Shown one piece after another: positions 23,635 through 36,582 of a stretch of DNA of 64,000 bases (within the stretch, counting starts at the first letter, position 1; each line of letters begins with the position of its first letter). The notes under the pieces are model-generated. The model was given only the letters and a program-made list of their open reading frames with translations. It did not search any database and was not told the origin of the DNA. Origin of the DNA: Octopus sinensis (lineage: Eukaryota). The translations under genes were made by a program, and so were the position numbers. Location: NCBI RefSeq assembly GCF_006345805.1, contig NC_042998.1, forward strand, positions 112,158,001 to 112,222,000. Reading direction: 5' to 3'.

Positions 23635-23760
23635 CACCACCACCACCACTACCACCCAACTCCACCTCAACACAACAACCAACATCATTACTACTCCTAC
23701 TACTACTAACACCCCCACTACTACTACTAATACTACCACCATCATTACTACTACTACAAC
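23600..23760. repeat. (ACT)n/(ACC)n trinucleotide tract
   Basis: Directly visible. Confidence 0.9.
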
Positions 23761-23919
23761 TATTGTTGTCTTGTTTGATTGTCTAATCATTTTGATTACT
23801 TTGCATCAACTTAGATCACGAAGTACGGAAGTTTTCTTTCGACAATGACAAACACAGAAAAGGTTTATAACTGGCTGTTTTATAAAAGGTTTATATAACT
23901 GGCTGTTTTCATGTCAACT

Positions 23920-24960
23920 GCTGGCTTTACCCCTCTATCTCACCACTCAGTCCTACTCCTCTACCATCAAATAGACGACTCCACCCTTAGTCACTTCACA
24001 ACGCTATCGATCTCACTTCATTATGAACTGCACCAACTTCACCACCAGCTTCACCGTAACGCCATCAATCACACCACTCCACCATACTACAGTATTATCA
24101 GTTGCATCATTTCTCTATTAACTACATTAGTCCGGCATCGATCTCATCAAACCGACATCAATGTGACCACTCCACAATCAGCCCCGTTGTACCATCATCA
24201 ATCAACTACACAGCTCCACCATTAATCTCACCACTCCAGCACACCTTCATCGCCAGATTCATCATTCCAAGATCAACTTCACCACTCTATGTTAGACACA
24301 CTATACCATCGTCAATTATTTCATCAATCCACCATCAACCATACCACTCCAACACCAACCACACAACTCCAACATCATTGACACTACTCCAACATCAACA
24401 ACCATACCACTACATTATCAATCACATCACTCCATGGTCAATCAACACAACTCTACCATCAATTTCACCAATCCAGCATGAACCACTATTACCCCACCAT
24501 CAGTTGCACTACCCCAACATCAAGCACCTTACTCTACTATCAACACCATTCCGCCATCAATCACATCACTCTATCATAAATCACACTAATCTCCCATAAA
24601 CCTCAGAACTCTACCATCAACCATAACACAACCATCAATTTCACCCCTACCACCTTCAACTTTATTCCTTTACCAGCAACCTTACTATTACACTCCACCA
24701 CACCGTCTTCAGTTTCACTACTCCACAATCAATCTCATCACACCCTCATCAAGCCCTCTACCCCAACATCAATCTTACCACTCAATCATCAACCACAACA
24801 CAACATCATTATTCCAACAACTCCATCACCATCAATCACACCACAATCAACACCCCCCCACACACACACAATTAACTTCCCCACTCCACCACCACCACCA
24901 GCCATCCGGCTTCATCGTCAACCACACTTCAGCCCTCCACCACACAACCTTACCACAGAC
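23920..24960. repeat. Degenerate ~19-20-bp C/A-rich minisatellite (consensus about caccatcaatcacaccact)
   Basis: Recurring ccatcaat / caccactcc motifs at about 20-bp spacing across 1 kb; G almost absent on the plus strand. Confidence 0.75.
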
Positions 24961-25897
24961 CCTGGAACATTACTATTCATTATTTTAGTACAGAACCCTT
25001 CCTTTAGCTTCCCCCGTTTTTAATGTTATTAGTAAGAAGTGTAGTGATAATGGGAACGCACCTTGTCTTACACACCTGCACACATTTAACAACGGCATAC
25101 ACGTGTACTTTTATAGAATGAGGCACGGTTTAGTCTAAAGCTGTCTAACTGTCTGTCTGTGTCAGCGTGTCTGTATGGATTTCTATGTCCCTTAAACTCA
25201 ATGTTTGCGTATGTGCATGTATATGCATAACAAATGGGTAGAGAAATGGATGTTTCTCTGCGACTATGAATGGTGTATGTATGTATAAACGTATCTATGA
25301 ATACATGTTTATATTGTGCATGTGTGTGTATGTATTCATATATATTTGTATTGGTAAATATGTATGCGAAAGTATATCTTCCTATGATTTAATATGTGCA
25401 TGTCATTGTTTTGCGTGCGCGCATGTGCATACGCACTTCCATGTATAAGTGTGCATGTGTTTAAAATTAGCTGCGTATAGCAGTGTACAGTAGATGTGTA
25501 TGTTTGCATAATCGTGCGTGTGAGTGTAAACATATATGTACGAATATATACGTGTGTTTGTGTGTATCATTTAATGTATACTGTATTAAAATAAGAGCTA
25601 CTAGTAGCTTCTTGCCATTGACACACATGGCAAGGCAGATTTTCATAGTGTGTCTTTGTCTCCAAGGACTCCCCAGACTCAAGGCTCTTATTTTAATACA
25701 GTGTATAATATCTCACAGTGTATTTCTCACTGGATGGAATTCATTTTTGTTGATCTTACTTTAACGGAACTATAAACTATTTATATGTCAACAACATACT
25801 TGTATAAGAATAAATTTGCGTTCTACAAAAGTATAGAGTAATCCATTAGATTAATGTAAAATTCTTTTTATAAATAAATATATAACTGAACAAAACA

Positions 25898-25940
<43 letters not shown>

Positions 25941-26634
25941 ACACACATAGACAAATAGATGTCAGTACCCCAGGATGGTCACACCCGATGGCGTTAACAT
26001 GTAAAACAGTAATGTGTATGTATAATATATATATATTATCAGTGGCGACTCCAGCAATTATGTAATTACAGCCAATAACTTGGGCTACTTTTATTGAGCC
26101 TGGTGGCAATTCATTTATTTTCGTCCAGCGTCTGGTGGTCATCTTAGACGTGTCTTGTGTCAAAAAATATCATTCGTAGCAGACGTTCTCTCGGCATCCT
26201 TCACACGCGCCTAACTCGGGCTCGGAAGTTACAGCCCGAATTGTTATCTATAATCGTAAAAATTAAAAGTAATTCAAATTCAATGTTTTCTTGAAACAAT
26301 AAATTTCTACAGAGATTAGGATTTAAATTCCAATCTATGAAATGTTCCCGTTCTACAATATTCTTGACAGCCAGATCGCTGATGTTTAATTGTGCATCCG
26401 CTGTCGTTATTTGTTTGTTGTTATTCTGTACTGTGTAAAGATCAGTTGTGTTTTGCTTTAATTCTACCCTTAACTTAGAAATGAAAAAAGACATATTAAA
26501 ACTATACTTCTGTCTTATTGTTAAATTATCAGTGCACATATATGTCTGCGGTATGCATTAGGTCTCTTACCTTTTTTATACATGTGCCTTATGCAAAATC
26601 TGTGATGAGTCCGACGCTGATGACTTGGAGTCGC

Positions 26635-26694
<60 letters not shown>

Positions 26695-27000
26695 CATATA
26701 GACAGGTAGATAAATATGTATTTTGGGCTTCCGTCAGTCAAAGTTGATCATGTATGTGCCTCTGTATGAATAAGTCTGCGTAGGATTTATTTTCTGGTTG
26801 ACCAGAAATTACCCATATACACCGATGGATTAAATCTGTCGCCGTTTTAACGCCACAATCTAGAATCGTATGTGCTTTTTCTAGAGCCCATTCTGATTCG
26901 AGCATTGGGACCCGGCCACTAGTTTGAGGATATTTTCCTCACTCCTTGTCACCAGTTATGAAAGTCCAATGAAGGATCACAGGAAAAGAGTTTCCTTCTA

Positions 27001-27230
27001 ATCTACTATATAAATAAAACAGAAATGAAATTTTCTCCTTTTAACATGCGCTGAACACTACTTAAACTTTCAAAGTTATCCATGGTTTATAACATCGAGA
27101 AAACCTCATAAGTGTTGACCCAGACATATACCAACACGAAATGATCAACATGTTTGACTTATATTAGAGGCATGTCTGGATAAAATCAGATCTGCACTGA
27201 TCATCACTGTATTATTTAGTCTTTTCATTA
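27001..27230 (+). mobile_element. Possible Helitron-N 5' terminus
   Basis: A|TCTACTATATAAATAAAA is a typical Helitron 5' start; no matching CTAG end was found nearby. Confidence 0.3.
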
Positions 27231-27488
27231 TTATATCATCACTATTATATATTATAATTTTCATTCCTACATATTATAAATTTATATGCATGTTTATAGG
27301 CATAAGTCACGTTTGAATTTAGTTTTGTAAATTTTTAATTTTTAATCAATTAAATTATGGCTTGCACAGCAAGGTTCGGCGAATTTATTTGCACATACGC
27401 ATATTTGTATGTTAATTACATTCGTAACTGTTAAAATATTAAAATATATAGAAATTGGTATTGAATTATAAGAAAGTTATCAAGAGTC

Positions 27489-27575
27489 CTGATGATTGGG
27501 GTTGCGTTTAAGACATGTTCCTGTAAAAGACTGCGTGTATAAGGAACGTTAAACGCACCTCATGAAACACGTGTA
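27489..27575 (+). ncRNA. Hammerhead-like motif with long stem II but missing stem I
   Basis: CUGAUGA (27489-95); U; stem II UGGGG-U-UGCGUUUAA...GUUCCU/AGGAAC...UUAAACGCA-CCUCA; U; GAAA (27564-67); palindromic CACGUG; UA. The flanks give only 1 bp of stem I. Confidence 0.55.
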
Positions 27576-27693
27576 GCAGAGAAATTTAGAAATGATTAGT
27601 AAGTATTAAAATAATATTCTATTATATGGTGTGATGTAAATTAGGATTTGATGAATTGTATGGGGACTTCTATCTCTAACATATGTATATATA

Positions 27694-28224
27694 TATACAT
27701 ATAAAAGTAAATAAATGATACAACGAGGTACCGATATTTACTGGAAAATAGCGATCGTAATAAATACGACGCTATTGTATAGCTTCATTGCGTATATACT
27801 AGCAAAGACGTGTGTGTGCAACAAACATGAAAAAAAATTGTCTTACCTCTAGGAAGAACATCTGAAAAATGAAAAACCTAGAAACGGATAATGCAGGACC
27901 GGTTTCAGACTCTTCAAATACGTTTGACAACGTAGATTTGATTTGTCTTCATCAGCTGCATATACCTAGACAAAATTTCAAATGTTGCCACATCTATGCG
28001 AGTACACTCGTCTGAACGCCAAAACGTTAACAGAACAAGAACAGTGAAGAAGTTTCAATGAAAATAATAATGCAATACGAAAGTATTGCTTTCCAGTAAA
28101 AGATAGCCCGTAAGGGTAAAATTATACATATAAAAGTAGATAAATGGTACAACGAGGTACCGATATTTACTGGAAAATAGCGATCGTAATAAATACGACG
28201 CTATTTTATAGCTTCACTGCGTAT
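27694..28224 (-). mobile_element. Retrozyme/PLE pseudo-LTR-like partial tandem: 429-bp unit plus 102-bp terminal direct repeat, in a TA-rich target
   Basis: 27694-27795 repeats at 28123-28224 (4 mismatches counted); contains a canonical HHR; TA runs on both sides. Confidence 0.75.
27891..27961 (-). ncRNA. Canonical type I hammerhead ribozyme
   Basis: Stem I AUGCAG/CUGCAU; core CUGAUGA (27955-27949); stem II AGAC...GUCU with inner UCAAAU/AUUUGA and ACGU/ACGU; GAAA; palindromic CCGG; GUC with predicted cut at 27897/27896. Confidence 0.88.
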
Positions 28225-28299
28225 GTATATATATTGTTATATTGATATATTGTTATATTGTTATATTTCGGGATAGTAATTTTTTTTGTCAAATTATGT

Positions 28300-28400
28300 A
28301 TGTTTGCATGTGTTTGTGTATGTATGTATGTATGTATGTATGTATGTATGTATGTATGTATGTATGTATGTATGTATATGTATGTATGTATGTACGTACG
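28300..28400. repeat. (TATG)n microsatellite
   Basis: Directly visible. Confidence 0.95.
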
Positions 28401-29976
28401 TACGTACTTATAGAATTATTGGCGTTGTTCAGGATTAGAAGTAGCTGTAAGGTATATTCGCTTTAATAAATTATTATTTGTTTTCTTTCGAAGGGTTAAT
28501 TTTCTAGTAAGAAATTAGATTATGTCCGGTGTGTAATGAATGAAGTCCTACAAACATGTGCATAATATGAATAGTATTGGTCAAAAATATATGAAAGCTT
28601 AAAAACAATGCAGCTGCGGTAGGAATTGAAGTAATAAAAAACAATTTGGCTTCATTCAAAGGTAAAAGATTCTAACTTACCCTATGAAGAAAATTGTATA
28701 TGAAACTTCCTATATTTACACCCTATAAGATAAAATGTGGTGGATGATGGGGTGAAGTTGAAGTACTTGTATATAATGGAGATGTTGCCTGCTTTTCAAA
28801 ATCTAAAAATATCCAGTTGCATTCCTCAAGTGCTTTTGTGGCTATAGCTGAGGTGACATTTGGACATACAGAAATATGAGCTCTCTTTGTGGTGGGTAGA
28901 GTGATTAGGACTCGCTATAACTTTCTTAATAACAGTCAAATGGGCAGTAGTATCCTATCAGCCGAGAAAGAATGAAAGATAAATGGTGTTATGTTTTTAG
29001 TGAGGTTTACCTTCTCCTACTAATAAATGACCGTTTATCTTCACTAGAAATAAAGCGGTCAGAATTTATGCCCATGAAGCTCCAGAAATCCAGCACTTTT
29101 CTTGTATAAAGCTAGACCAACAAACCTTCTTACCCCATAGTACCCCATAGTACGCAATATTTAATTTATTTCCCTCAGATTCAGCGTAACCCATTGGGTA
29201 TGAGATCTCAATTAGGCATGTACATAAGAGAGTGCTATGAGGAAAAGAAAATGGCTCTTCAGATTTAACGACATTACCAACATGTTACCTAAAGGCACCC
29301 TAGTATTCTCTTTAATCTTTCTCTACTTTTTTTCATACGAATCCACCTAAAAATATGAATTCCAAATTCAGCGGCAATATTTTCTTGTCTGGTGCTTTTT
29401 CATTTTCAATTACTTAAGAAAATTATTACTCCAGCACCCGCATTTTTCCTGCTAGTATACGTAGTTATATAAGTATATATATATATATATATATATAGTC
29501 AGACTGTTATTTAAAATGTTATACACACAGAGAGACATGTGTTTGTACAAATATTTCAGCAATAAATTGCCGTGAAGGTTTGGAATTTCTCAAGATAAAA
29601 TATTTATAAAATCCTAGCTGCCAGCTTCATGTAGAAAATTTTGAAGGAATTAATTTTAAAATTTTATTACTGTTTCCAGAATAAGAATGGCAATATACTG
29701 GCAGAAATCGATCTTTTCAAAGATAGGAAGAAATGATTCCCATAACGGCTTATATTTACAACCTAAATCTACAGGCTGTTTCTCTACCGCATCTTAAAGC
29801 TGAAAATAGAATTATAAATACTTAAATATTATTTATGATTTTGCTATATGGGATTTTACTTCTGAAGATTTCAGAGTCAAATTATTCATTCATACAACGA
29901 ATGTTAATATGCAACAATATACATATACCTACATAACTACATATACACAAACACACACACAAACATTTTATATATA

Positions 29977-30158
29977 TACGAGGGGTGCTGAAAAGTTCCT
30001 GGATTTCGGTAAAAGAAAATGCAGGAAGATTAGTTAATTACGGTTTCATTCAACATATTCCGCTCTCAGATTCACACTTATTGTAGCAGTTTTTCTGTTT
30101 TTCGAAGCCCTGGTCTTTCGCAACACCCTTAAAGCGAGGAACTTTTCAGCACACGCTT
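29977..30158. mobile_element. Mariner-derived MITE
   Basis: Left tacgaggggtgctgaaaagttcct; right aggaacttttcagcac (30137-30152) is a perfect 16-bp inverted match. TACGAGGG-type mariner TIR start in a TA context. Confidence 0.75.
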
Positions 30159-30326
30159 TTCTTCCTCATGTACTGTTTCTCGCCCGATCGCGTCTAAAAT
30201 ACCAAAATGGTATATCAACCACTGAAAAGCTCACTTGTTGGTTTGAAGTCAGTTACATAAGGATTTGAAGCCATCCACACATTTATTGGTCCAGGTACAC
30301 AGAGCCTCCCTCCAGTTAGGGACAGC

Positions 30327-30327
<1 letters not shown>

Positions 30328-30417
<90 letters not shown>

Positions 30418-30496
30418 TATGTGTGTGTGTACATATATATATATATATTTATAAATATATATATATATATATAATATATATATATATATATTATAT

Positions 30497-30590
<94 letters not shown>

Positions 30591-30657
30591 GAAGCCCGTT
30601 GTATATATGAATATATATATACATATATATATATATGAAAGAAGTCCGTTGTATATA

Positions 30658-30746
<89 letters not shown>

Positions 30747-30770
30747 GTATGTATATGTGTATATGTTTTG
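30328..30770. repeat. (TA)n/(TG)n field including a duplicated SINE-B fragment gaaagaag(c/t)ccgttgtatatatgaa
   Basis: Directly visible; duplicate at about 30587 and 30636. Confidence 0.9.
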
Positions 30771-30975
30771 TGTGTCTGTGTTTGTCCCTGCACCATCGCT
30801 TGACAACCGATGCTGGTATGTTTACGTCCCCGTAACTTAGTGGTTCGGCGAAAGAGACCGATAGAATAAGTACTAGGTTTAAAAAGAATAAGTCCTGGGG
30901 TCGACTTGCTCGACTAAAAAGGCGGTGCTCCTGGATGGCCACAGTCAAATGACTGAAACAAGTAAGAGAGTAAAA
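30587..30975 (+). mobile_element. Family B SINE, 5'-truncated, with expanded internal TA
   Basis: gtttgtccctgcaccatcgcttgacaaccgatgctggt...gtaacttagtggttcggc...ggcggtgctcctggatggccacagtcaaatgactgaaacaagtaagagag. Confidence 0.9.
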
Positions 30976-31589
30976 GAGAGTGTATTTATAAATATAAATA
31001 TATATACAATCTGACAAGTTGAGATTAACCTTATGGGATGCATTGTGACAGTCTTTCATGATGTCGTCCATCTGACAGAAACATTTCCCTTTCTTCACTT
31101 CTTACACTAGTTCCTTACGTCCGTTGTTGTCATCGTCGTCATGGTTATTGTTATTGTAGTTATCTCCAGGTCAACTTTGAGCACGCCAAAATAAAAGCAT
31201 TCTAAGCACGACCATTCTGTATACGAAATCGCGATTATCTGAAGTGTCCTTCATTATTAATGACAGCAAGATTTGATTTGAGCGAGATTTAGCTGCTATT
31301 CTTAGCAGCTCGATTGACTATACGTAGAATCTTACTCGTTGGATTATGATATAGTGGTTGCTATCGAAGAGTCGAACAAGTTATAATTATAACATGTCTG
31401 GTCTGTCTGGTTTCTAAATTGAAAACGTCAATATGAAAATTTTATTAAAAAAGAATCAAGATATTCATTTTACATTGCTCTCACAACTGTATGTTGCTGG
31501 AAACATTGGACATTTTGCAATGAAAAGTTTCTGTTATAAACATTATTACTCAACTCAAGCACAATTATTGGGCAAGTGGATGATAGTAT

Positions 31590-31745
31590 CGGAAGATATT
31601 CGGATATAAATGCCTTGACGGTATAAAATCCATTTACGCCCTGAATTCAAATATCACCCTGGTCATCTTTGTCTTTCGTCCTCCTTTTGTCAATAAAATA
31701 AGTATAAGTAAAGTACTGGCATCGATTATATCGATCTCGGTACTT
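31590..31745 (+). mobile_element. Diverged family A SINE
   Basis: ctgaattcaaat, ctttgtctttcgtcc, ataaaataagta, actggcatcgattatatcga. Confidence 0.55.
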
Positions 31746-32949
31746 TAAAGGCGGAGGCTTACATGTCAGCTGTTAAATGATTGTAAGTAGTAGAATGATA
31801 TAATAAATGTAATTACTGCAAACTATACATTTACGAATGTAATTGTATAGTTTGCACAATTAGTAATATGGCAAACAACTACAATACAACTCAATAAATA
31901 TAGATAAAAGTAACGAAACTAGTTATATAGCGAAGAATCAGCAAACATTTTTGAATAGTGGGCTGGACTATTTGATAATTAGCAAAGAACGAGCGCTGAC
32001 GTTATCGCGCCACTTGCTAAAAATTGAAGCCATATCTGCCTAAAACTGCACCCTGTTATCTCAAAAGAAAGATACATATTAGTCTTAGATAACATAATAA
32101 AACAGAATGATTATGGTTGAAATAACTTTCTTCAAAAGTCTGTTTGAGCAGAGATTGCCTGGAGTTAAATAAAAACTTTTGCTAGCATTCTGAGCATTCT
32201 GCTAGGAATAGCAGCTATGTCACTCACCCTTCACCTTCTCTCTCTCTCACTAGGCACACATTATGGCCTTAGAAAATAGGCTATTAAATAAAAGAGTTTC
32301 ATAAACAAAATTCCGGATTGTCGTAGCTGCAATGATTTAACAGAGATTATCTTCGTCGAGGATGACCTTGAACTAAAAAAAAAAAAAAAGATCTAAGAAA
32401 ATATGAACAAATATTCAAAATAATTGAACAAGTCTACAATTACTAAAACTTAGAGTAATCCATAAGATTTAAGATTCAAGTTTTCCAAACTACTGGAATC
32501 GTCCGCGTTACAGAAGTAATGCGTTTCTGAAAACTTGTCGTAACAGGAAATCACGTTATGCCAAATTAATTTTTTCATTGATTCACATGTCATTAGGTAT
32601 TAACGTGTTCCGACGGATTTTCTCGAGAAAAACGAAAAACTCGTCCGTTTTTCTGCTTAAATGTAACAACTTTTAAAATACATAGTACGATGTATCTTTC
32701 ATCGTTTATCTTTTACTTATATTAGTCTTGAGGCGGCTGCCATGCTGGGGCACCGTCTTGAAGAATTTTAGTCGAACGAATCACCCGTGATGCTTACTGA
32801 TTTTTTTTTTGTAAAATTTTTATTTTAATCTTAATAATAATGCTTACAGAGAGTTACTCTGATATGAGTTTCGAGCTTCAAGTAGCCGTTTTCAAACTGA
32901 AAAATGTATGTTTTACTGGTTGCTTAAACAGCAAAATATTTTTTCTTAC

Positions 32950-33760
32950 AAGTATACATACATACAAAAAAATATACACAAAAAGGGGAAAATATAAAGA
33001 AATATATATAAAAATACAAAAGCATGCGTGAAAAAGAAGAGGAGGAGGAGGAAGCGAGGCGGAGGAGAGGAGGAGGAGGAAGAAGAACAACAACAAATAC
33101 AACAAGCGGTAGGAAGAAAGAAGGTGAAGAAGGAAAGGAAGAAAAAAGTAATTGAAGTAAAAAATAAAATAAATATTTAAATAAAGTGAAAATAAAAATA
33201 AGAACAAAGATAAGACTAATGGTGAAGTTACAACAGTGGGGAGGAGAGTCAAATCCATCAAGAATAAAGAAATGGAGTATTTTGGAGTAGTCGATAGTAT
33301 AGAGTTCTTGTCAAAAGATGACCTGTGTGGTGGCTATTGGTTTGATGTCACCTATTCTGTTCTCACAGGTGGTATGGTATACATGTATACACACACATGC
33401 ACACACATACGTACGCACGTACACACACACAGACACATGCATACAGATCTGTGGTCATCAAAAGATGACCACACAGGTCATCTTTTGATAAAGAACACAA
33501 CAATATTGACCACTCCAAAATATTTCATTTCTTTATTCGTGATGGACTTAACCCTCCTCCCCACTGTTCTCAATTAGTCTTATCTTTATTCTTATCTTTA
33601 TTTTTATTTATATATATTTATTTATATATATATTTATATATAAATTTAGTTTTTAAATTTACATTTTTTGTCTTCGTCTTCTTTTTTCCTTCCTCTTGTT
33701 GTTGTTCTTCTTCACACATGGTTTTGTATTTATGTTGTTTTTTAAATTTTAATTGCTATA
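32950..33760. mobile_element. Old foldback/MITE-like element with long degenerate inverted arms
   Basis: 33205-33330 is roughly 85% identical (by eye) to the reverse complement of 33464-33590; weaker similarity continues outward (aaatacaaaagcatgcgtgaaaaag vs cttcttcacacatggttttgtattt). Confidence 0.75.
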
Positions 33761-34334
33761 TAGTTGAAAAGTTAAAACTTACGCTCATAATGCATAGGCA
33801 TTTGAATTAATTTTTTCTACAGTATAGCCGACCTTTCACACGGAATTTCGTCTATCTTTAAACCTTAGCTCTGAGACTTAAATGAATTGAATTGTTTATG
33901 TATCAAAAAATGTATATAAGAAGAGACAAATTGTTGGCTATTTTGGTTTTTTAACGATTTTTTATGTTATCTTATATTATATTATATTCATAGTAGTACA
34001 AGCACTTGAGAATGAATGAAACTGAAAAAAGGTGGATAAAGAAAAGAATGCATGGACAATTTCACAGGGATGTTGAAGATAAGACAGACAGAGAAAAAAG
34101 ATGGCTATAGATGACTAAAAGTGATTTAAAACGGGATAGACAAAACCCAGATAGATTCCCAATGTCAAATGTTTTGATGCCCATCCTCTGTGTGTGTGAG
34201 TGTGTGTGTGTGCGTATGTGGGAGTACACACACGCATACTTATATATACAAATAGATACATATGCACTATATATATATAAATATACACATACACACACAC
34301 ACGCACACATGTATGTGTGTATACATATATTCAT

Positions 34335-34375
<41 letters not shown>

Positions 34376-34417
34376 TACGGGCGCAAGCTGTACACACGCA
34401 TGCCAACACATAGGTAC

Positions 34418-35490
34418 CTGGTTAGTGCAAAAATATTGCTTTCAAGCAATCTACCACGAATCAATATATTGTGTCAATCGAAAAAGTAAGTATTGTAGGT
34501 TACAGATTTTCTCATCAATATTGCGATTGTAGAGCTTTCAGGAGTCCAAAAACCGAGGAATTCTTCAAAAATGTTTTGAAGTGCTGCTTTGTTGAATACA
34601 GATAATCCGTCGGAAAGAGGTCCGAAGAGGAAAGCTAGATGAGTTGAGTTCACCCAATTTCTTCAGTCATTTCTAGCCATGTTTTTGAGCAATATTATGG
34701 AGATCAGTTAGTTCTTTCTGCATTTAGCCGATTTCTGGCAATATTTCTCTGTAATGATGGTTAGGACAGTATTCAAAATTAGTAGCTGGTGGCACCATTT
34801 GGCACCTCAACACGGTGACCATGACTTTCTTTCGGGGCAGCTTCGCATGGAGAATAGGCTTAATTGAGATGAAACAGTGGTTGGATCCAGCCAATGCGCC
34901 TGACACCGTCAGTTCTTTTTCAGCCACATCTCACAATGCGTTCAAAGAATGGAAATATTTCATTGCGCAGAATAGACTTTGTGACGGCAATTTTATATTT
35001 ATTTAATAAATTTTAGTATTTTCATTCAGTTCGTGCAGTGTTGCTTAACTTTACAGTGTGGTCCTAGTGTCGAACAACTATAGAATGGTCAGCACTGAAT
35101 TCTCCAAATAATTATTTTTGTGTAGATTGACTTCAATAATAACTCTTAATTAATTGTTGTCAACTGTAGAAGGTCGTCCATGTCTTGGCTCATCTTTAAG
35201 TTTGTTGTTCCCACCACAAAACTTCGGGGGCCAATTTTGAGCTGTACGTCCGTTCTCTATCCTATGGTTAAATGCTTGGTTGATATTACGTGTAGTTTCC
35301 GTTGCTTTATGTACTTGTTTGAGTTGATAAAATAAAATTGCTCAGGTATCTTGACAGCTAAAATATAAACTCCGTGTAATGAACATCATGAAAACATTTA
35401 CGATTTACTTCATAATCGTAAAGTTGTACAGTTTGGTAACTTTAATGTCGTGTTAAGTTCCAATTATGACGCTTAGTTTTGTGCAATTAG
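34418..35490 (-). pseudogene. Decayed mariner transposon (Hsmar1/cecropia-like)
   Basis: Minus-strand frames give AILFYQLKQVHKATETTRNINQAF..RTAQNW..F.GG...LKDEPRHGRP, HELNEN, KKVMVTV and SDLFPTDY. TIR-like ends ggttagtgcaaaaatattgc and gcttagttttgtgcaa. Confidence 0.8.
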
Positions 35491-36003
35491 TAAACACAGT
35501 TTCGGCAAAAAGAATAGAAAAGGGCTGCATATTCTGTCCTTGGTAATAAACTTCGCCGATTTTCAAACACACCAATTCAACAATCAAATAACTATAGAGC
35601 AGCTTCGATGCATCTTCAACCCAGGACTCGTATCCAATTGATTACATAATCGCTAGAAGATAAGATAAAAATGGTTTTTCATTCATTCTATACCACTTAT
35701 TGAATGTCAGATCACTCTTAGCTGCCCAACAAAATATCTTTTAGAATTTCAAGGAAGCAAAAAGAAAATATCAAAGGTGATAGATGCTTAAATGTCAAGT
35801 AACTCAAGGCTGGGGATAGGAAACGTGAGCGCCCAGATAAATTAGATGCAACACTATCAAATGTAAATATTAAAGAAAATGGTGAAACACTCCACTTCAT
35901 TTGAAATACTTGAAACATCCTACATCGTAAGTATTAGGATGTGTTCGATTGACTGGTGAGCAATTTGTGCCTTCAAGTGGAATAGACGTGTAGCTTACTT
36001 GTC

Positions 36004-36039
<36 letters not shown>

Positions 36040-36046
<7 letters not shown>

Positions 36047-36418
36047 AAACGGCAGTTTGTCTGTGCGTTTTCTGTGTGTCTGTTTTCTCGTACCCTCACT
36101 CTGACCACGGTTTTCAACCGATTCTGATGAAACTTGACACACACACATAGCCCAATGTCATAATTCAAAACTAACGCAGCGAAAATTTTGAAAAGTTCCC
36201 CCAGTTCAGAAAAAAATCGATAAATTCGACATGGGGTCGAGAATCAGAAACCCAAACCACAGACCGTCTAGGGGACGCAACTCCACCTTTTTTAACTCTC
36301 AAAAAAATTTACCATCATTTTTTTCCCATTTTTTTGCCATTTTTTGGCTATAACTCTCTAAAAATGCTTTATAGTTATTTCCCTTACAAACCTGAGCAAC
36401 GCCGGGCGATACTGCTAG
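36040..36418 (+). mobile_element. Non-autonomous Helitron
   Basis: 3' end has the hairpin cctgagcaacgccggg (36391-36406), 8 nt, then CTAG (36415-18) followed by T. The 5' part atataaacggcagtttgtctgtg...caaccgattctgatgaaacttg is typical of Helitron-N; inserted in (TA)n. Confidence 0.85.
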
Positions 36419-36435
36419 TATATATATATATACAT

Positions 36436-36582
36436 ATACGACAGGCTTCTTTTAGTTTCTGTCTACCAAATCCACTCACAAGGCTTTGGTCGAACCGTGG
36501 CTAGAGCAGAAGACACTTGCTGAAGGGAAGTGGGAGTGAACTCGGACCCATGTATTTGGAGAGCAAGCTTTTTACCACACAT
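36436..36582 (-). mobile_element. 5' half of family B SINE
   Basis: Reverse complement of gtggtaaaaagcttgc...ggttcactccc...gcaagtgtcttc...ccaaagccttgtgagtggatttggtagacagaaactaaaagaagcc. Confidence 0.85.

Noticed and set aside
26201-26539. 112-aa non-repetitive ORF
   Set aside because: No recognisable domain; the length is within chance for this window.
29430-29456. ctgctagt as a Helitron 3' end
   Set aside because: No convincing subterminal hairpin, and no linked 5' end nearby.
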